Below are positions 26,006 to 40,496 of a stretch of DNA of 64,000 nt, piece by piece. Made by a program: the position numbers and the translations under genes. Origin of the DNA: Octopus sinensis (lineage: Eukaryota); contig NC_043001.1 in assembly GCF_006345805.1 (NCBI RefSeq), forward strand, positions 58,342,001 through 58,406,000, given 5' to 3'. The notes beneath the pieces are model-generated. The model saw nothing but the letters and a program-made list of their open reading frames with translations. It had not been told where the DNA came from and searched no databases. The first letter of the stretch is position 1, and each line of letters begins with the position of its first letter.

Positions 26006-26369
26006 TTAGTATTTTTTAATCGTTTATTCTTATTTATTTGTTTATTTTTATTTACCTATGTATCTAATTGTTTAGTTGCTTATTTCATTTGTTCATTTTG
26101 ATTACTTATACATATGATTGTAATCAATTAATAAATAGATATAAATGAATGTCTACAGGCTGATGTATGTCGATTCATTATCGTCATCATTTTGCTATTT
26201 GATTTATAAATTCTGGGTAAATTTCTGATTTACTCCCACTCGTACCTAGTATTCAATTGCGTTACTGCCCTGCAATAGTAAGCACTTGCATATAAATACG
26301 TAGGTATACATCCAGTAGGATCTTTGATATTTATTAGCCCTTATACGGTTGCGTAACCTCTAACTCATA

Positions 26370-26389
26370 AAGATATTATATATATATAG

Positions 26390-26431
<42 letters not shown>

Positions 26432-26462
26432 CATATATATATATATATATATATATGTATGC

Positions 26463-26550
<88 letters not shown>
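26370..26550. repeat. (TA)n microsatellite
   Basis: Seen directly; further (TA)n at 26845-26868 and 27068-27126. Confidence 0.95.
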
Positions 26551-26554
<4 letters not shown>

Positions 26555-26842
26555 GAGGCGCTGTGAGTGTTTATTGAGCGAAAACACCTAAAGCTCCACG
26601 AGGCTCCGGCAGGTGATGGTGGTGATCCCTGCTGTACTCTTTCACCACAACTTTCCCTCACTCTTACTTCCTGTTTCTGTTGTACCTGTATTTCAAAGGG
26701 CCGGCCTTGTCACTCTTTGTATCACGCTGAATATCCCCGAGAACTACGTTAAGGGTACACGTTAATTTCACGAGCAGGCTGTTCCGTTGATTCGGATCAA
26801 CCGGAACCCTCGTCGTCGTAACCGACGGAGTGCTTCCATTAT
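26551..26842 (+). mobile_element. Internally deleted SINE-like repeat between (TA)n tracts
   Basis: GC-richer module starting AGTGGAGGCGC and ending CGTCGTAACCGACGGAGTGC; resembles an octopus SINE lacking its pol III boxes. Confidence 0.5.
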
Positions 26843-27065
26843 CCATATATATATATATATATATATATAAACAATTGCGGAGTTTGAGAAACCGGTCTCA
26901 AAGCGACGAAAATATTTTGACAAATTAAATTTAAATGTTGAAGTGAATCTAACGGTTTTTGTGTGTTTCTCAAATGGCTTTAAAACACCTTCCACGCTGC
27001 AATTGTTTTCCTTCCACCACACGATCTCAGATCAGGTCACTTGCTATGCAAGTACATCATCACCG

Positions 27066-27131
<66 letters not shown>

Positions 27132-30100
27132 AAAAATGGAACATAATGCAGAACATCCTTGAAGTTAGTTCATACAAAACAGGGGCAACAAAACATCATC
27201 CAGATAGACGATGCAAAGAAAACAAGGACAAGTCATTCGGGGTTTTCTATCCTCAGTCGGGTTCCAGATTATCTTTGCAATTTCGGCTGGTTATGCTCGA
27301 GATCGTTTCGGTTTGGCCAGCCTCAAAGAAAAAAACTAAGCAAAGCGCATTAGATTCCTTGGAAGAAATATATTTATATATATATGCATGTGTGTGATCG
27401 AGTGTGTGTGTGAATGTGTGTGCATATGTGTGTGTGTGTATGTATGAATAAGTTCTGGGTTCGATTTCCTCGACCCAAAACCATTTACAGTGGCGCTCCA
27501 GCATGGTCGGAGTCAAATGACTGAAGCAAGTAAAAGTATAAAGGAAAACTTGAATATTATATAAGATATAATAGAATAATAATATTCACAGACGCAAACT
27601 CACAAATGCAGACACACACAAACATATGTAGATGTGTACACACACGCACTATTGCACACATGTATATATTTAATATATATATATATTTAAAGTAAGCTAG
27701 ATCTTAACTTTAACTTTTCGACGAAATCCAAAGAGTAAACTACTGTTATGTGGCAGTACAATTCCAAAACATTCTAGTACAATAATTTCGAGTAAGAAGT
27801 AATGAATGTCATTTTCCTACAAAACAGCAAAAGTATTTTTGTTTTTGAAATGTGAGTCAGACTTGAACTCAAATCTCCTGATCTGACTAACCCAGCAAAT
27901 AATCGTTTCACAACCGTCTGCAATTACTCAGACTTTTATAATAGTAATCATGACACGTAATATTTTAGATGCTTGTATTAAATTCAGTATAGCTCCCATT
28001 GAAAATACTTGCCGGAGGCACTATTGCATTTATGGGATTTATGCTTTCTAACTCTGCTGATAGGACATGTTGACATGCTGGATGGAGGCATTCATGAACA
28101 TGTAGGGATCTATACATAGTAGTAACCAATAAGTTAATAAACATATAATGGAGCCGGGCATCCAAGAAATATTTGTGGGGGATGATGAAGTGAAGATAGA
28201 ATCTCTGGTCGTCGTAGCTTTGCTACTTATGTACGTGGGTCTGATGTGGCTGGCGGTAGAACTCTTGTTGTTCTGCTCCAGACTAGCGATAGATACACGT
28301 AACAATTTTCATTTATTTTAGCGATGACCAACTCGTTCTTTTCTAATTTCCGATACAAAATTGGCCGCCTTTACTGCAGTAGTGCTGGTCCTGTGTGTGT
28401 GTGTGTGTGGGTGATAAGCAATGATAGTGCTGGTAGTTTATAAAACCAATAGGCATAATTATATATGGTTGGCAACTATGATGTTAATGGTCTAGCTTAT
28501 CTTCATTATCAACATTCTTCCCTGCCGCTAGAACATCACGACGACGACGACCACCACCACCACCATCATCATCACCAATTGTAGAAGCTTAAATAGGAAC
28601 GTCGACATCACCAATAGTAGAAACGGCAGCGACTCCAACAGCAACAGACTGAGCAGAACCAAACACTGATTATAGTAGTAATAATTATGATGATGATATC
28701 GATTATCACGATAATGATATAAGTTGATGCCGATTTTATAGATGACGAGGATAAGCGGGATGATGTAATAATATTAATGTCACTATTTAATTTAATATTA
28801 CAATGATGAGGATAGTGCTTGTGATGTTTATGCGGTTAGTGGTGATGGTTTTGGTAATAATAAATTGTGATGCTGATGTTTTTTTCTAATACTGGTGATA
28901 TTGGTGAAGTTAGTAGTGGAAGCGGTTGTTAAGCTGGTGTTATTGGTGATAATATTTGAGTTGCGAAGGTAATAATATTGATGGTGATGTTTGTGACAGT
29001 GATGATAGTAGTGGTGGTGACGGATGCTGTTAAGTTGACGTTCGTTGTGAAGGCTACGATGGTGTTAGCAGTGGCAAAAAATATCCGGTTGTTGTTGACA
29101 TTATTTGAATGTCCAAAATTGTTAAGTTTGAGCTATTCTAAATATGTTTGCCAGCTAGAGTGCAGCCTGGTGGTCACAGTGATCTTAGATCTGTAGAGTT
29201 CCTCAATTAGTCCAGGGTATAAAACTTTCTAAAAAGATCTATGTAATGCGTCAAGCACACGACACTTTTTATCGGTCTCCTCAATCACCAAGACACAGTA
29301 AGAGACGTGATTTTATCATAGAGGACGGCTGCACTCACCAGGCTAGCCGCTCTTTGAGGCATCATATTTGCTTTTCTATTTTTCATAGCAAAAGTTATGT
29401 ATCCTGCATGGCAATATGAGGCATCTGCACAATGAAGTTAAGTTGCCTCTGACCGAGTCTTCTTCTTAACGGGAGATATAGCAGCACGAAGTTTCATTCA
29501 AGCCAAACGACATTACAGCTTTATTTACCAACCACATGCATTACTCACCAAATCCAAAATGTAGCAGAATAACGTTAATGTGTCGTTGTAAGCCGTTATC
29601 TTCTGATCCCAAACTGTAGCGATGTGAATCGTGTTTGCTCTTACAAAAACAAACTGATTCTTCTATGTGCATTGTCCCTATGTGCTTGGAAATTCTACCT
29701 ATCAACCGCTGTTAGGCTATTCGTTACTTTGTTATTTTTCTTGGGAAAATTCGGCATGATCAAATCCCAGGTTTTGTTGTTATACACCTCTCTCTAATGT
29801 TTATTTCCTTGGTTCCGCTTCATAGTAATGAGCTACATATAACGCGAAACGAATCTGTTGAATGACTTTGGTACATGCGAACTACTAAGACAATAAACAA
29901 GATAACTGAAATTAAGTTTTCTCCATTATATACTATGTCTCGTTAGGTAACTGAACAAACATAGATGAACGGACATCAGATCTCTGTACGCTAGAATATA
30001 TTGCCCAACAACCTTTCAGCTGATTAAGCTTTCAAATAGCCATAACCTTCACACAACCCCTTAGTATTTGCACTCTTCTTTGACAATATTGTTTACTTGT

Positions 30101-33100
30101 TTTTTTCTCTGTATGAAACAGTATTTTTGTCGAAGTTTTAATTTTTGTTATCTTATCTTTATAAAATTTATTAGAATTTATTATCATATTCACCACTTTA
30201 GGTTTTCCACTTATTTTTTCCACTTATTTTCAAATTGGGAAAGAAAAGCAAACACTACCTAAGTTTTTAAGTATATGATACGGATGTATAAAAGCTTTTC
30301 CTAATTTTGAATATGTTAATTTACTCGGTTGGCGAAGAAGCGTTAACATATATATTCAGCGCTTTTCAAAAATACAACTAGCTTAATTACATCTTAAACT
30401 ACAAGGCTCACAATAGGATTGGCAACTAATGTACGTTACATGAAATCTCCTTCTATACGCTTAAGCCTATACAATGTTGCTGGTTTAGACATCTTTAAAA
30501 CGCAGATGGTAAACATACACGAAAGATCTATACATCGGAATTCTCTGGGCTTGCACCTTATTAGGATTTCAAATAAGTATAGAGACAAACATGACCTACT
30601 TAATTTTCAAGACGTCCTCGTGGATTTAATGTGCGAGCATTAAAAAAAAATCATAGAGAAAACTTGCAAGCACCTATTTGTTAAATGTTCAGCCGAACGA
30701 TATCTAATATTCATAGGATGCAATTTATTTATAAGCGACCGATACACGGATTGACGTAAAACCCTATTAGAATTTACCTTTCCCTTGTACACTAATGGGA
30801 AGGTAATTATACCCCTTGAGATTACTGCATCTACAGAAGTCATTTGTTTATCTACACACACCATTTAGCTCATGCCTTGGGAATGAACTGTTTGATATAG
30901 AAGGATGAGATTAATGGAAAAGATACAAATTTTGTCACCACCTCCAACACCATTGTTGCATGACGGGAAGGACATTGAAAGAAAGATTTTACAATAAAAG
31001 ACTTTCTTTTGAGGAACATTAATGAAAGAAATGGCCTAGTGTTATATCTATTTTTAAAAGTGAGTTTTTTTTTATATATCAGCTAGGTGGCCATCGAATG
31101 ATAGAGGTCTTATAAACTGGTAATAAAAGATATACTGCAGTCAACCGCTAACTCTGAAGTGATCTGTAAATATTTAAATATATGTAAATTCGCATTGCGT
31201 CATTGGACACAATCACTTTGAGTAAGACATTGTCTTATTGCTAATGATGCAGTTATTCAAATATGTGCAGATCATATTTTACAATTATATCTTCCTACTT
31301 TTCGTCTGAAGTTAATTTTTTGTGTAAAATAACTCAAACATTATTTTCATCAGTGTGAAAATATATATTATCATTATCTGTATCATTACTATTAGATATG
31401 AAGCATTTCACTTTCACATCCAAAGTATTAGGTCCATTTTTGTTGGTTTACAAGATATTCCCGTGTTCAATATACCATTTACATTTTAGAAACACAGTGG
31501 GAAAAAAACGAAAGTAAACATAGATTCTTTCTTTTATTCAATAAGGTACATTATTCAGTGCTATACAGGTGCTAAATTAGTTGGCGCTAAGCACTCAACA
31601 CTCTAACTAGTCCTTGTAATTAATAGCTATTGTCTCCCCGAGACCTTATAAATTTGATAGCAAATATTAATTCACAAGAAAATGTAAACGTAAATTATGT
31701 TACCGTAAGTAGTTGGTGAATACTTATGAATGACAGTTAAGACAGCACGGCCAATACTAAAGTGTGAAACGAAGTCTAAGTTAAGAAATTATGTCCCCTG
31801 TATGTATTTGGGAATGTTGTAATCTTTGAGTAAATCAATGATTTAGTTGCAGCTATCGAGGTTTCTGGAAATTGCATGTATTTCTGCTCTGAAGATGTGA
31901 GAATAGAGAAATGTTTAAACTTGTTCTGCCTACGCCAATAATGCTGGTTCTGCTATCCCTTTAAATCGCATGTCTTAATGAGATGATACATGCGTGAAAG
32001 TCTCTTCTTTCTAGCAATGAAATTACGTTTGCTGCTACCACGTACTTAGCTGCTGCTAAAAATACACAACATCATACTTAAATTCTTAATATAACTCGCT
32101 AGAAATGATGATGATGACGTTTCCGAACAGTAACGCTGTGTAGGATATCGAAAGTGTTTTGATTTTCACTGCAGATATGTATACACAACGTTTTGATGGT
32201 TGATTCTAGGCTACAAGATGATATTAAGTGAAATTTGGGAATAGAGTGGTACATTTATGTGTAAGATGTTCAAGATGAAAGGTTTAACGCTAGCTGATTT
32301 ATCATTAAGTTCCTTGGAGGCTGGATGGAAGAGTGGAGTGGGTTGTATAATTATTATGAAATTAGAAATCAAGAGGAAGTAGAAGTTGGTTTCAAAGGTG
32401 ATATCTATATAACCCGATAGTCAAAGCGATTAAAATTTAATTCTGTAGGAAGCCTAAGCTTATAATTTAACTGTTCCGTTAAAATGAATATAAACCAACA
32501 TTTCAGTAGTTGTCCAAGGAAAGTAATAGACGCTAGTAGTACTGTGCATTGTAACCCTGCAGCAACTGTTAAATGATATTCTTGTTAGAGTTTTGTTGCT
32601 GAGTAAGAGCAATGTTATATTTTTCATGTTTGTTTTTATCATAAACTGACACTGTTTTACTTTTGATAAGCGATATTTTATATAGTATTCTATAATATTT
32701 AATTGATTTTTATTTCATGCGAATGTTTTAACCGGATAATATATAAAATACACAAACTGAAGTGAAGTTTTATTATAACAGCTGGCGAAATAGTATATTT
32801 TATTAAGTTTTACATAGTAACTACGGGAAATGGAAATTCTTTAATCGCTATACGGTAAATGTTTCCTATTTAACCACCAGAAAAAAAAAATGGCTGAAAT
32901 TATAGCAGCACATATAAAAAGAAAAAAATAGACAGTAACAGCTTAAGATTAGTAAACACAAGTTGGACCGATAGGGTCAATTTTGAGATAAACTCTAATG
33001 CTCAGTTTCCTGAAATTATTTTTGATACTTTTGGTGAAGTTAATTCCAACCTTAAAATTCATAGTAGCTTTTATGTAGTTGTATTTTTTTTAACTTAGTA

Positions 33101-34299
33101 ATATTGATTATAATAATGCTTATTGTCCTGATCAACACCCACCTAATTCTGAAAGTAGCGTCAATAGTAATTCTTTTAAACATGTGTGTTACATACGTGT
33201 GAATAAACGTCTTTGTAATTATAAAACAAAACTTATCTGTCCGTTAGAAAATTAACGTCAAAAGAAGATAGTAGTATATATCATTGTATAGTAATTGCAA
33301 GTGATCGAACGTATTATGTAATAATGTCATCTGAAACTATTTGGAAGTCTAGATTACATCACCATTGTTATACATTTAAGTTTAGAAGAAAACGTTATTT
33401 TATGAATTTGATTAAATGCGCTTTGGATTCGAAAGATAGGGACACATTAACTAGTAGATAAGAGATCTGGTAGTCTTAGAATTAATCTCTGCCAAGAGGA
33501 CATGTATCATATAACTACTTCAAACTTAATATTATAAAACTCTAGAACCAGACTTTAGTTGAAATTTTCCCATAAATATAAAAAAAATATTAAATATGTT
33601 AATAGTATATAACACCTCAATTATAATTGCGTTTCTTATAATCTAATTAGTTGAATATATTGCATTCAGATATAGTAGCCGGATCCCTGTCTATGCAGTA
33701 AGTGTACACCGACAGTGGAGATAAAAAATATGTGATCAATCTAGCTATTTTGAATTATGGACCACATACACTTCCTAAAGAATGTATTGGGTCCTTTTTG
33801 CCTTTGTCCACAATAATCTATCTAGAAAACAGGGGGTACTTCTCAGGCAGTCGGAAATGCTTGAGCAAGTTCGTGACGCTTTTACATGCAACCTTTTTAC
33901 AGCTAATTCTCCACAATGCAGATATACATAGAACATGTTGTTCCAGTCGACATCTGTCAACAAGGAGAGGCTTTCGTGGACATGTCAAGACCATACAAGG
34001 CAACTTTGTCTAATGGCATCACATTTTATATTTTTAATGTCTAGGGCCAATGTCTTATCGTTCGCGCCCAGGGTGACCTATCAAATCTCAAGGATCAGAC
34101 CACTCCGAAAAAATGTCGCTATTCAGCCACTCAATTCATACCGACTAAGAAATACTAATAATATCCCTAAATAACCATAAATGGATGCTAACTTGCGTGT
34201 CTGAAATTGAGAACCCACTCATGGCTACCATAATCCATCCTAGACTTTAGGTCATTTAGTAGGTGATCCTACTTCGAGGGTGACCCGAGGCTACGTGCA

Positions 34300-36230
34300 T
34301 TTAAACACCCGCCTGTCTGAGCCACCATGATGGTAGAAAAGAAAGAGAAGAATAAAAAAAACAGTTTTTTTTACACAACTGCTGGTCTCGGAGACTTAGA
34401 CGTAATGAAATGTTGAGGATAACTTTTAGGAGCCTAAAGCTGATACATATAATCAGACTACCCTCTTCTTTGGTAATTTTTTCTCTCAATATCTTAAATG
34501 TCCTCAAGTCAACACTTAATAATTTCAAATTTTTTATGCAATTTGAAATTTCTGGACCTGAATATCCATTTCCTTTCCTTTCAAATGTTTTCCTTTTTTC
34601 ACGAAGGAATCAATATATTTGTGCATAATGTGTGAGGTGGTTGTGTTTTGTTGATATTTGTTGATGCGTTTGTGTCTCAGACTCCCGATACAATTTCTGT
34701 ATGTACTTTCTTTCTTTTAAGTGGTGATGATGTACTTGTTTATTTGTCTGTTTGGCATGCGTGTGTAGTCTCACTTATAGTGTTATGCTTGTGTGGCTCA
34801 TCAGAGCAAGGTCAGATTTTTTAAAATATTTTCATTTTCTTTTTGATTTCATAATATTATCATACACCTAGCAATATTATTCCACGTAGAAAAAGAAAAA
34901 GGAATACGATAGTGGCCTGAGATATGATTGCGTGTATGTCCCTGTATGTATTGAAAGAATGGGAAAATTGCTGGGATATTTTTTCTTGTTAGCGGTTTGT
35001 CTCTGCTGTTTTGGGTGTCATATTTGCTACTGTTTGCCTTTCAGCTGCTAGCATTGTTGTTACAACTGCTGCTGCACCCGTAATCTTTGCTGCTGCTACA
35101 TCTGCTGATGATAATGGTGGTGATGGTGGTAGTGATGCTCCTAATAATGTTATTGCTGTAGGCTGCTGCTGATGTAGAACCTGTAGTACATTTATCAGTG
35201 GGTTATTCCATTTGCCTAGTCATTGTTAATTGTATTCCATTCTTTAAAAAAGTTACATCGCTCTTCCGTATTGAACCACAGCTCAAAGTTCCACTTCTTT
35301 GGGTATTTCTTGGGTCATTTCTGTTTGATCTGGAGAAGGATCTATGGCGCCAGACCAAAATTCGGTGCAAATTGACACAGGCTAACAATCCTCATATTTC
35401 CAAGCCATGTGAAACTCTGTTTGGTCTGCCCCGGTCTGCACCATCAGGAATTTATGAACTGCTGTTTTGTTCGACAGGTATGTGTGAAGCCTCTCTTGGT
35501 TTCGAAGGTGTAGGTTTTTTATTGTTATTCTCGGTTGTGGTACCGGTTTTTGCTGTTGATTTTGCTGAATGGATCTCCCTTGTTGCTGTTTTTCTTGATA
35601 ATGCTGTTTTAGTTTTGGATCCTGCTAATCAAGGAACTGATATTCTTAGTGTTTGTTCGTGACGCTGCTGCTCTTTTGTTGCTGCTGTTGCATTGTTGCT
35701 GCTGTTGTATTGTTGTTGCTGTTTTTATTGTATTAGAGTTGTCTGCAACAGTGTTTTTCTTTCCTTGCATGGGGCTGTTTGTTTCACCACAAATGTGGCG
35801 TCTCGGCTTTTTGCCCATTACTTTTTCAAATAGTTGCGTGCTAGTAGGGAGGTTTGTCAGGCCATGAAAGCCTTCAATACTTCCCAGATCGTAGTGTAAC
35901 CACGATTATCCTGTCCTATTTTGTGCAGCAGAACTTTACTGAGTCCCCACTTCTATAGGCACTTCGTAACATTTATTTTGACAATCCTCCGACCGAGTCA
36001 TGTCGGAATTAGACATAATTCCTCACTTTTGATGTTGTTGCGGCACTTCGTTGGCTAATTCTTCAGTCGAGAATCTCATCTCAACTTGTCGAAGCGTCTC
36101 TCACGGGCAACATAAGTTTTAAACCACAGACCGTTCTAAGGCATCTTTCGCTTTGAGACTCCAGTCTCTTTGTGCTCATCGCAGTTTATTTATGTGTCTT
36201 TCTGTGGTGGTCAATTAGCTGAAATTTTGA
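34300..36230 (-). mobile_element. Decayed Tx1/L1 5' half (ORF1, possible start of endonuclease)
   Basis: Minus strand 35950-36110 gives VEMRFSTEELA...IKSEELCLIPT*LGRRIVKI (homologous to LLPTYLGRRT), then GKKPRRHICGE (knuckle remnant) and a Q/T/A-rich low-complexity tail. Confidence 0.7.
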
Positions 36231-36659
36231 AATTGAGTATGTTGTACACCACACGAAGACAGACTTTCACAATAAATGATGATGAGAACGGAAAGGCATC
36301 ATATCTCTTTTTTCGCCAAGCACAACAGCTTTTCTTGTCCAAGTATTTGAAGACAGCCCTGCAAAGATATCTTATGTGAAATACCATTCATTAGGATGGA
36401 TGGATAAACGGCAGAATGTTCATTATTTATAAACAGAAGTCGAATTATGCACAAAATTATACACATAATATACGATACACAGGGTGGAAACTTTTTCTCC
36501 GTCATTTGGAAAGAGGAAGTACTAGAGTCATCGTCAGACGGTCAAGATGTTCACATCCAGATAATAGTCACCTAGGTAGCAACATATGAGAATGTGGATT
36601 ATACAGGTGTAAAAATTGCGATATTATTTCCAGAGAAATTAAAGTGAACTTAGAAATCC

Positions 36660-36888
36660 TCATGGCCAGCAATACAAGAAAACAATGCTAGAAGTTAGAA
36701 ATATTGCATTTCTAAATCTCTCAGAAAAGATTATACGGTAGCAGCACGATAAAGTGATGGTTTATTGCCAACTTAATGTGGAGAAGTCCCATGAAGGGGC
36801 AAATGCTACTGCTATTTAGCCCCAGTAAAATCCGTTTTCAGTTGGCTATATGGCACAAGCGTTCTATGACCTTATGTTTTCAAACAGT
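36660..36888 (+). mobile_element. Penelope-like 3' end / pseudo-LTR fragment
   Basis: Homologous to 23490-23678, 40497-40678 and (inverted) 40758-40915: TTTAGCCC, TGGCTAT and TTTTCAAACA blocks. Confidence 0.75.
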
Positions 36889-39800
36889 CGTATCGTGTCT
36901 ATTTATCAAACCGGGTGTAAATTCCTCCAAGGAGGCCGGTCGTGGAAAGAATTCCCCTGCAAGCGAATTCCACACCTGGTCACTATCCAGGTAGAGCCAG
37001 AGATGCCTTAGCCTCATTGCCAAACTCTAAGCAACTTAACAGGACCATCCGTCCAGTGTCCCAAGACACTGGACGTTATCGGCTTGCCACTCCAGTTGTC
37101 GAGCCTCAAACAGACGGAATTGCTTTTGATAACTTTTGCCATTTCCACCGCATCGTATCTTTCGATTGTATCTTCTACACAAGGTAGCTGAGCTACATTG
37201 CACACGGTGATTGTGACGTCATCCGCATATGCGGAAAGAGGCTTACCACATCCGATTTTATTGGGGATGCGTCCCAAACTCTCCAACCTCCGCAGCAATG
37301 GCTCAAGTATCAATACATACAGAAGCGATGACAGGGGGCACCATTGACAAACCGAGCGCTGGATATCAAACGGTAACCACTTATTTGGATTAAGGATTTG
37401 ATGCTGCCATAAATAGCCTTCATACAACCGTCGAAGTCCGAGCCTAGCCCAGCCGCCTCAAGGACTGCCGCCAGGTACTGGTGGTCTACACTATCGAAAG
37501 CTTTACTTTGGTCTAAATAGACCAATGCCCTACATTTAATGTCTAAGGTGTAGCGTAAGAGATGAAGAATATCTTGGATTGACCTGCCTGGGATGGAACA
37601 TGTTTGCACCTTCCCTACAAGTTTCTCCGCGACGCGCGTCAAAACGTTTGCTAACAACTTGGCCAAAATTTTTAACTATACATTCAGTAGAGTTACGGGC
37701 CTAAAGTTACTAATGTGATCCCCTCTTGATTGGGTCTTTTCTGATTAGCGTCACCATTCCCCGACTCACAGAGCTGGGAATTCTTCCATCCTGCCGCTAG
37801 TTCGTGTAGACACAGGCAAGCAAGTGTCCGAACACGTCAGGCATACTACGATAAAATTCATAGGGCAGACCATCCAGCCACGGTGATGTGTCCGCGGCGC
37901 ATTCAGCCAGAAAATCCTCAACCTCCGCAGCTGTAATCGGCTCTTCACAACATTTAGCCTCTCGCACCGAGAGTCGCAGCCCGCCGGCAAAGAAACCCTT
38001 TATGGACTCCCCACGGTCAAGCGCCTCGCTCGTCAAAAACAACCGGGCGAAATATTGGTGAAAAGCCATTTCCATCTCCTCCTATCCTTTGATGGTATGT
38101 CCCTACTCATCAATCAAAGACTTTATAGAGGCTTCTCTTCCTCCGACTCTCCACACGACGGGCCCATCCGGCAACGTTAATACCTTATCTACCCACCGCA
38201 CGAAATCTTTCGTGTTTAGCTTTGAGGTGACGGAATACCACCGCTCATGCCGCTCTGGCTGAAGAGCCAGATTCCATGGCCTCTTCTAATTCCTTAATTA
38301 GGTTTTCTTCTATTCTAGCCTTCTCTAAACGTAGCTCCTTACTAAATCTAAGAGACTCAGAATGAATGGTTCGCTTGAGGGCGCACCACAATCTATTATT
38401 AATGATGGCGCCGCATAATGCCCTCTGCACTAACTCCTTAACCCGGAGTCAAAATTGACTTGTTCATTTTCCAGTACCCTGTTCCCTGTCTATGACACTT
38501 AACTAGGTACACCTCACACGTCACAAATTTGTGATTAGTGTATGGGACACAACCAAAGCGTGGAGAACTAAACATATCTCTATCTCAAACAATTATCCTA
38601 TCTAAATAAGATCTGTGTGAACCGTCGTTATTAGTCCACATCCACTGTGGAACGAGCGGCTCATCCAGTCACTATCGGTCTACTAGGTTATAGCTTGCTA
38701 ATAGTCTTTTTAGGACAGGTTTTGCCCTTCTCTTAGTCGAGCCAATGCATCGAGTATAGTGTTAAAGTCTCCTGCTAAAACTAGATTTTTAGAAGTCACC
38801 AGAAAGCTCTCCAGGTCTCGAAAAAACACCAGCTTGTCTACCCTCTTTCGGAGTGTAGACCGCTACCAACTTTAAGGACTGCTTACTTCTGTGTGTCTCA
38901 TCTAGGACGACCAGCCTACATTCTGGGTCCAGAAAGATTGTACTTACCTGTACGTTCAAGCTTTTTCTGAACAAAACCACCACGCCTCCTCCTCCCCGTC
39001 AACTAGGAACCTAACATAATTTCCATGGTAAAAATAAAACAAACTTACATTTTAAGTATGGGATGGGCTGCACGAAATTTGCCAACTTCCCTTCCTTTTG
39101 TATCTGATGTGTAGCCGTTTGTGTAGCAGCTGGGCTGAGAACAAGTCTTTTATTGGCCATCTCTTGGCTAACATCTTGTATGTCCTGCGGATATCTCTCT
39201 GTATATTCGGTGGCATACCTTGTATCGGTTGAAAAATATAGGTTTTTTTTATGCGAAGTTAAATCTCGTTCTAGTACACTATTTTTCTCATTGTACTTCA
39301 CAATCCTTTCTCCTAGTGCATTTTTAGGGGAGGGTAGGGTTTATGTAAATATCTTCTTTATCAGGGGGGAGTCTGGGATATGGGTTAATTTTCTTTTATG
39401 TGAAACCAGTGTGGTAAACTCTGCTTCTCTATGAAAATACGGTCGGGTCTTGATTCAAGTATTTTGTTTGAGACTTGAACCACCATCTCGAGTGTTTGGT
39501 CTTTCCAGTTTAGAGCCTCTCGCTTTTTCATTTGCAGTATTGATATTTCTTCTTCTACATCGTAAATTACGGTCATTGCCATCCATGTTACATCATAACC
39601 AGCTGGTATCTCCTGTATTGTTATTTTTGCAGTTCTGCGGCCTAGGTAGGTCGGGAGCAACATTATCTCCTCACTTTTTAACGTTTGAGTCGATATTTCT
39701 TTTACTATTTCAGCGTTTTTTAATTTCGCCTCAATAATGGCGCTTCTTGTCCTCGGCCGACATAGATAATATTTCCCCATACAGGACCGAGGCACTTCTC

Positions 39801-40150
39801 TACAACCTCGTTCTTCACTAACATTATTCTCTTTTCTTTACGGTTGTATATTTTGTATACTACCGTTCTGGCAGTTAAATTTTGTATCATGTCTTGTGGT
39901 GGCTGAAGTTTAGTTTCGTTTCCACTTTTCTTTATAAGGTTTCGAAACTTAAATAAATGTTCCTTAGATACTCCAATTTACAGAAATTGCCACCGACAGC
40001 AGCAGAAAAACTTGACTTTGCCTTTCCTTCCTGGTTACAAACTTGGTTACTTTTTCATGGCCGGCAAATCCTCCTCTAAGAACTGAAAGTCGACATTCGA
40101 CAACATATTCAAATCCAATTTTGCAAATGGCCTCCGAATAACAGAAAAGT
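36885..40150 (-). mobile_element. Decayed Tx1/L1-clade LINE (ORF1, APE, RT), 3' end missing
   Basis: ORF1 IMLLPTYLGRRTAKI (39385-39795); APE VVLFRKSL...LKLVAVYTP, GDFN, GYWKMN; RT SPWLDGLPYEFY, LDQSKAFDSVDH, SVCQWCPLSSLLY, SAYADDVT. Confidence 0.92.
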
Positions 40151-40496
40151 ATTAATTACTTTTGTCACAATGACAAAACCTAACTTTTTACCCCGCGACA
40201 GGTAAAAAAAAAAAACACAAAAAGCAGTTATGCAGCAATTAATTTTCTGCCACGTAGGGCGAAAATTTCCGTTAAAAAGACGACAACAGTTCGATTCCAA
40301 CAAGAGCACAAACGTAACAATTTCAACATATAATCAACAACAAAAATACATCAAATAAACCAACCCCCTAAGCAGCAGCAGCCGAACGCCGAAGGACTTC
40401 AGTCGGGTGTCGCAGATCTTGCAAGTTGTCGATGCTTATTCACCTTTGAAAACATATAGAATTTCAAGGGAAATAAATTCCCTGTTCTACAGAATT

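Noticed and set aside
29200-29900. Possible piggyBac transposase remnant on the minus strand (LFCYILDL..NA)
   Set aside because: One short motif in broken frames, with no TTAA-bounded termini found; insufficient to call.
30000-33700. Long AT-rich stretch with short ORFs and occasional splice-like sites
   Set aside because: No recognisable domains, repeats or consistent exon frames; treated as ordinary intronic or intergenic DNA.
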